DNA from: Deltaproteobacteria bacterium
GTDB taxonomy: Bacteria; Myxococcota_A; UBA9160; SZUA-336
DNA: 64,000 nt
Direction: 5' to 3'
NCBI GenBank assembly: GCA_031396695.1
Contig: JANNLG010000171.1
Coordinates: 6,053 to 70,052, forward strand
In this document: positions 61,746 through 64,000 of the stretch, in pieces
How the letters are laid out: each line of letters begins with the position of its first letter
Numbering within the stretch: position 1 is the stretch's first letter
Made by a program: the position numbers and the translations under genes
The notes under the pieces: model-generated
The model's database searches: none
Told to the model about the DNA's origin: nothing
Seen by the model: the letters and a program-made list of their open reading frames with translations, nothing else

Positions 61746-63041
61746 CTAGAACTGCCCTCGTCGAGCGAGCAAGTGCGGGCGCAGAGCGCCGGCGAGGAAG
61801 ATCGAGCCGGCGATCACGATGCCGCCGTCGGAGCCGGAGCGGCGCCGTGCGAGCTCGAGCGCGCGCAGGGGATCACGCTCGACCTCGACGTCGGGAATCC
61901 CGGCCGCCCAGGCGAGCGCGGCCAGCTCGTCGGGATCGAGCGAGCGCTGCGGCTCCACCGCCGTGGCGACACAGAGCCGCGTCACGTCGCTGAGCTCGGC
62001 GACGATGCCCGCGGCGTCCTTGTCGCGCGAGACGGAGAGCAGCAGCGCGAAGCGCCGACCGGGCCAGAGCGTTTCGAGCGTGCGCCGCAGCGCGCGCGCC
62101 GAGTCGGGCGTGTGGGCGCTGTCGAGGATCACGTCGCCGATCCGCTCCAGCCGCGCGGGCAGCTCGAGCGTCTCGAGCGACGCGAGCTCCTTGGCCGTGA
62201 GCGCCCGCTCCAGGAAGCGCTCGGCCGCGTGCACCGCGAGCGCCAGGTTCACGGCCTGGTGCGCACCCAGCACGCGGCTCGAAACGGCGCGGCCGTCCTC
62301 GAGCCGGAAGGCGAGGCCCGACGCCGAGCTGTGTAGATCGGACACCTCGACGCCTTCGAGCGCGGCGCCGACCGCGATGCTCTGGGCTGCGATGGCGCCC
62401 CACGCCTCGGGATCGAGCTCGCCGTGCAGCGCCGGCACGCCGGCCCGCAGGATGCCGGCCTTCTCGCGCGCGATCAGCTCGAGCGTGCCGCCGAGCTTGT
62501 CGGTGTGCTCGAGCTGGATCGTGGTCACGACCGAGACTCGCGACTCGACGACGTTGGTCGAGTCGAGCCGGCCGCCGAGCCCGACTTCGATCGCGGCCAC
62601 GTCGACACCGGCCTTGCGGAACAGCGCGAGCGCGAGCGCGGTCGAGACGTCGAAGAAGCTCGGACACAGATCCGGGTCCAGCCGCAGGCGCTCGATCGGG
62701 GCTTGCATCGCGCGCAGCTCCGCTACCAGAGCGTCCTCGGCGACGAGCTCGCCGTCGATGCGGAAGCGCTCGCGCCAGCTCACCAAGTGCGGCGAGGTGT
62801 AGGTGCCGACGCGCAGACCGGCCGCGCGCAGGAGACACTCGGTCGCGAGCGTGACCGTTCCCTTCCCCTTCGAGCCCGCCACGTGCACGCACGGCAGACC
62901 TCGCTCGGGGCTGCCGATCGCTTCGAGCAGCGCGCGGATCGGCGCGAGCGCGAGTCGCTCGTAGTCGAACTGCGTCTTCTTCTCGCGGTTGATCAGTTGG
63001 TCGAGATAGCGCTCCGCGTCGCGCAGCGTCTGGAGCTCCAT
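61746..63041 (-). CDS. folC: Bifunctional folylpolyglutamate synthase / dihydrofolate synthase
   Basis: Mur-ligase-family P-loop (VAGSKGKGT) and FolC C-terminal domain. 431 aa. Confidence 0.85.
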   Translation of the reverse strand: MELQTLRDAERYLDQLINREKKTQFDYERLALAPIRALLEAIGSPERGLPCVHVAGSKGKGTVTLATECLLRAAGLRVGTYTSPHLVSWRERFRIDGELVAEDALVAELRAMQAPIERLRLDPDLCPSFFDVSTALALALFRKAGVDVAAIEVGLGGRLDSTNVVESRVSVVTTIQLEHTDKLGGTLELIAREKAGILRAGVPALHGELDPEAWGAIAAQSIAVGAALEGVEVSDLHSSASGLAFRLEDGRAVSSRVLGAHQAVNLALAVHAAERFLERALTAKELASLETLELPARLERIGDVILDSAHTPDSARALRRTLETLWPGRRFALLLSVSRDKDAAGIVAELSDVTRLCVATAVEPQRSLDPDELAALAWAAGIPDVEVERDPLRALELARRRSGSDGGIVIAGSIFLAGALRPHLLARRGQF

Positions 63042-63063
63042 CTTTGCTAGCCTGACTCCGTGA

Positions 63064-64000
63064 TGCCGCGCTCCGGAACGAGCGTCCGTTGGTGGGTGTA
63101 CGGTTCACCGACGCCGAAGCTCGACGCCCTCCTCGCGGATCCCGAGGCCGTCCTCGCGGGTCCCGGGATTCTTGCCCGCGAGCTGACCGGCCGCAAACGC
63201 TTCTTCCGCGTCGACGCGGGCCCGGCCGAGCCGGCCCTGTACGTGAAGGTCTTCGCGCTGCCGCCCGGCGCGAAGCGCCTGCGGTACTTTTTGCGCCGCT
63301 CGAAGGCGCGCATGGAGCACGCGATCGCCACGCGCCTCGAGCGGCTCGGCTTCGAAGTCGCCGCGCCGATCGCGGTCGGCGAGCAGCGGAGCAACGGCGT
63401 GCTCGAGAAGAGCTACTCGGTGATTCGCGAAATCGAAGCGCGCGATCTGGTGCGCGTGCTCGGCGACAACACGCTGCCGGGCGCCGAGCGCCGCGCGTTG
63501 CTCGAGCGCTTCGCGGCGCTCGCGCGAAGGCTTCACGACGCGGGCGTCGACCAGGACGACTTCGCGCCGAACAACTTCTTGGCGCGGCCGGACGGCGCGT
63601 TCGTGCTGATCGACTTCGAGCGCTGCCGCGTGCGGCGGCGGCTCGGCCACGCGCGCTGGACGCAGCTTGCGAAGCTGCACCGCCGCGATCTGGGCGTCTC
63701 GCGCAGCGACCGGCTTCGCTTCCTGCGCTCTTACCTCGGCGCGGGCAGCGGCCGCGCCGAGCGGCGCGAAGCGTGGGAGCGGATCTGGCCCGAGTTCCGC
63801 CGCATCCGACGCCACGACGCGCGCCACGCGGAGGCCTCGGCGTTCCGCGAGGGGCGCAACCTCGCGCGCCAGGGCGACACGTGGGTGATGCGCGCGCGCG
63901 CGAGCGCGAAGACGATCGCGCTCGAGCTCGACGTCGAGACTGCACGCCGCTGCTGGCTCCGCGCACAGCAGCTCGAGCGGCTCGGCCTGCCCGCGTTGCG
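63064..64000 (+). CDS. Lipopolysaccharide/Kdo kinase-like (WaaP/InaA) family protein. The 3' end lies outside the window.
   Basis: Open frame to the window edge. Kinase-like motifs (FVLIDFERC, DFAPNNFL). Confidence 0.55.

Overview
This is a very high-GC (~70%) bacterial chromosomal segment with dense, mostly co-directional operons and many 4-nt start/stop overlaps. Its general character resembles a delta-proteobacterial or Myxococcota-like genome. I found no rRNA, tRNA, CRISPR array, transposase or integrase. Many long arginine-rich ORFs in the six-frame track are antisense artefacts of GC-rich coding DNA.

Real genes, in order:
- RDD and DUF95/SpoIIM membrane proteins.
- NDH-2.
- An F420-type LLM oxidoreductase.
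- A fused indolepyruvate:ferredoxin oxidoreductase.
- xthA, cysE, a PD-(D/E)XK nuclease, gloB.
- A Fur-box-controlled bfd operon that includes a candidate selenoprotein.
- lemA followed by two TPM-domain genes, then fur and ptsP.
- An AsmA-family gene.
- A Bat/MoxR-vWA operon.
- A methyltransferase, B12-radical-SAM and GT4 glycosyltransferase trio.
- mobA and moeA.
- An NtrB/NtrC-like sigma-54 two-component pair with thiE and nupC.
- A second histidine-kinase/response-regulator pair.
- A cluster with a PLP-dependent enzyme, panE, a gamma carbonic anhydrase, asd and acetoacetyl-CoA synthetase.
- Two divergent citrate-synthase-family genes, one fused to a helix-turn-helix domain.
- An enoyl-CoA hydratase.
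- An exosortase with an EpsI-like tail.
- A molybdopterin oxidoreductase.
- A GNAT acetyltransferase.
- A heterodimeric ABC exporter.
- A double MaoC hydratase, folC and a partial Kdo-kinase-like gene.

The most notable observations are:
- An Spx/ArsC-family gene with an in-frame TGA at the first cysteine of its CxxC motif, followed by a SECIS-like hairpin.
- A strong sigma-54 (-24/-12) promoter in front of a small acidic ORF.
- Three stop/start junctions of the form CTGA that imply CTG initiation.
- A 16-bp perfect palindrome between the two divergent citrate-synthase paralogs.
- A secreted protein built from five ~40-aa repeats.
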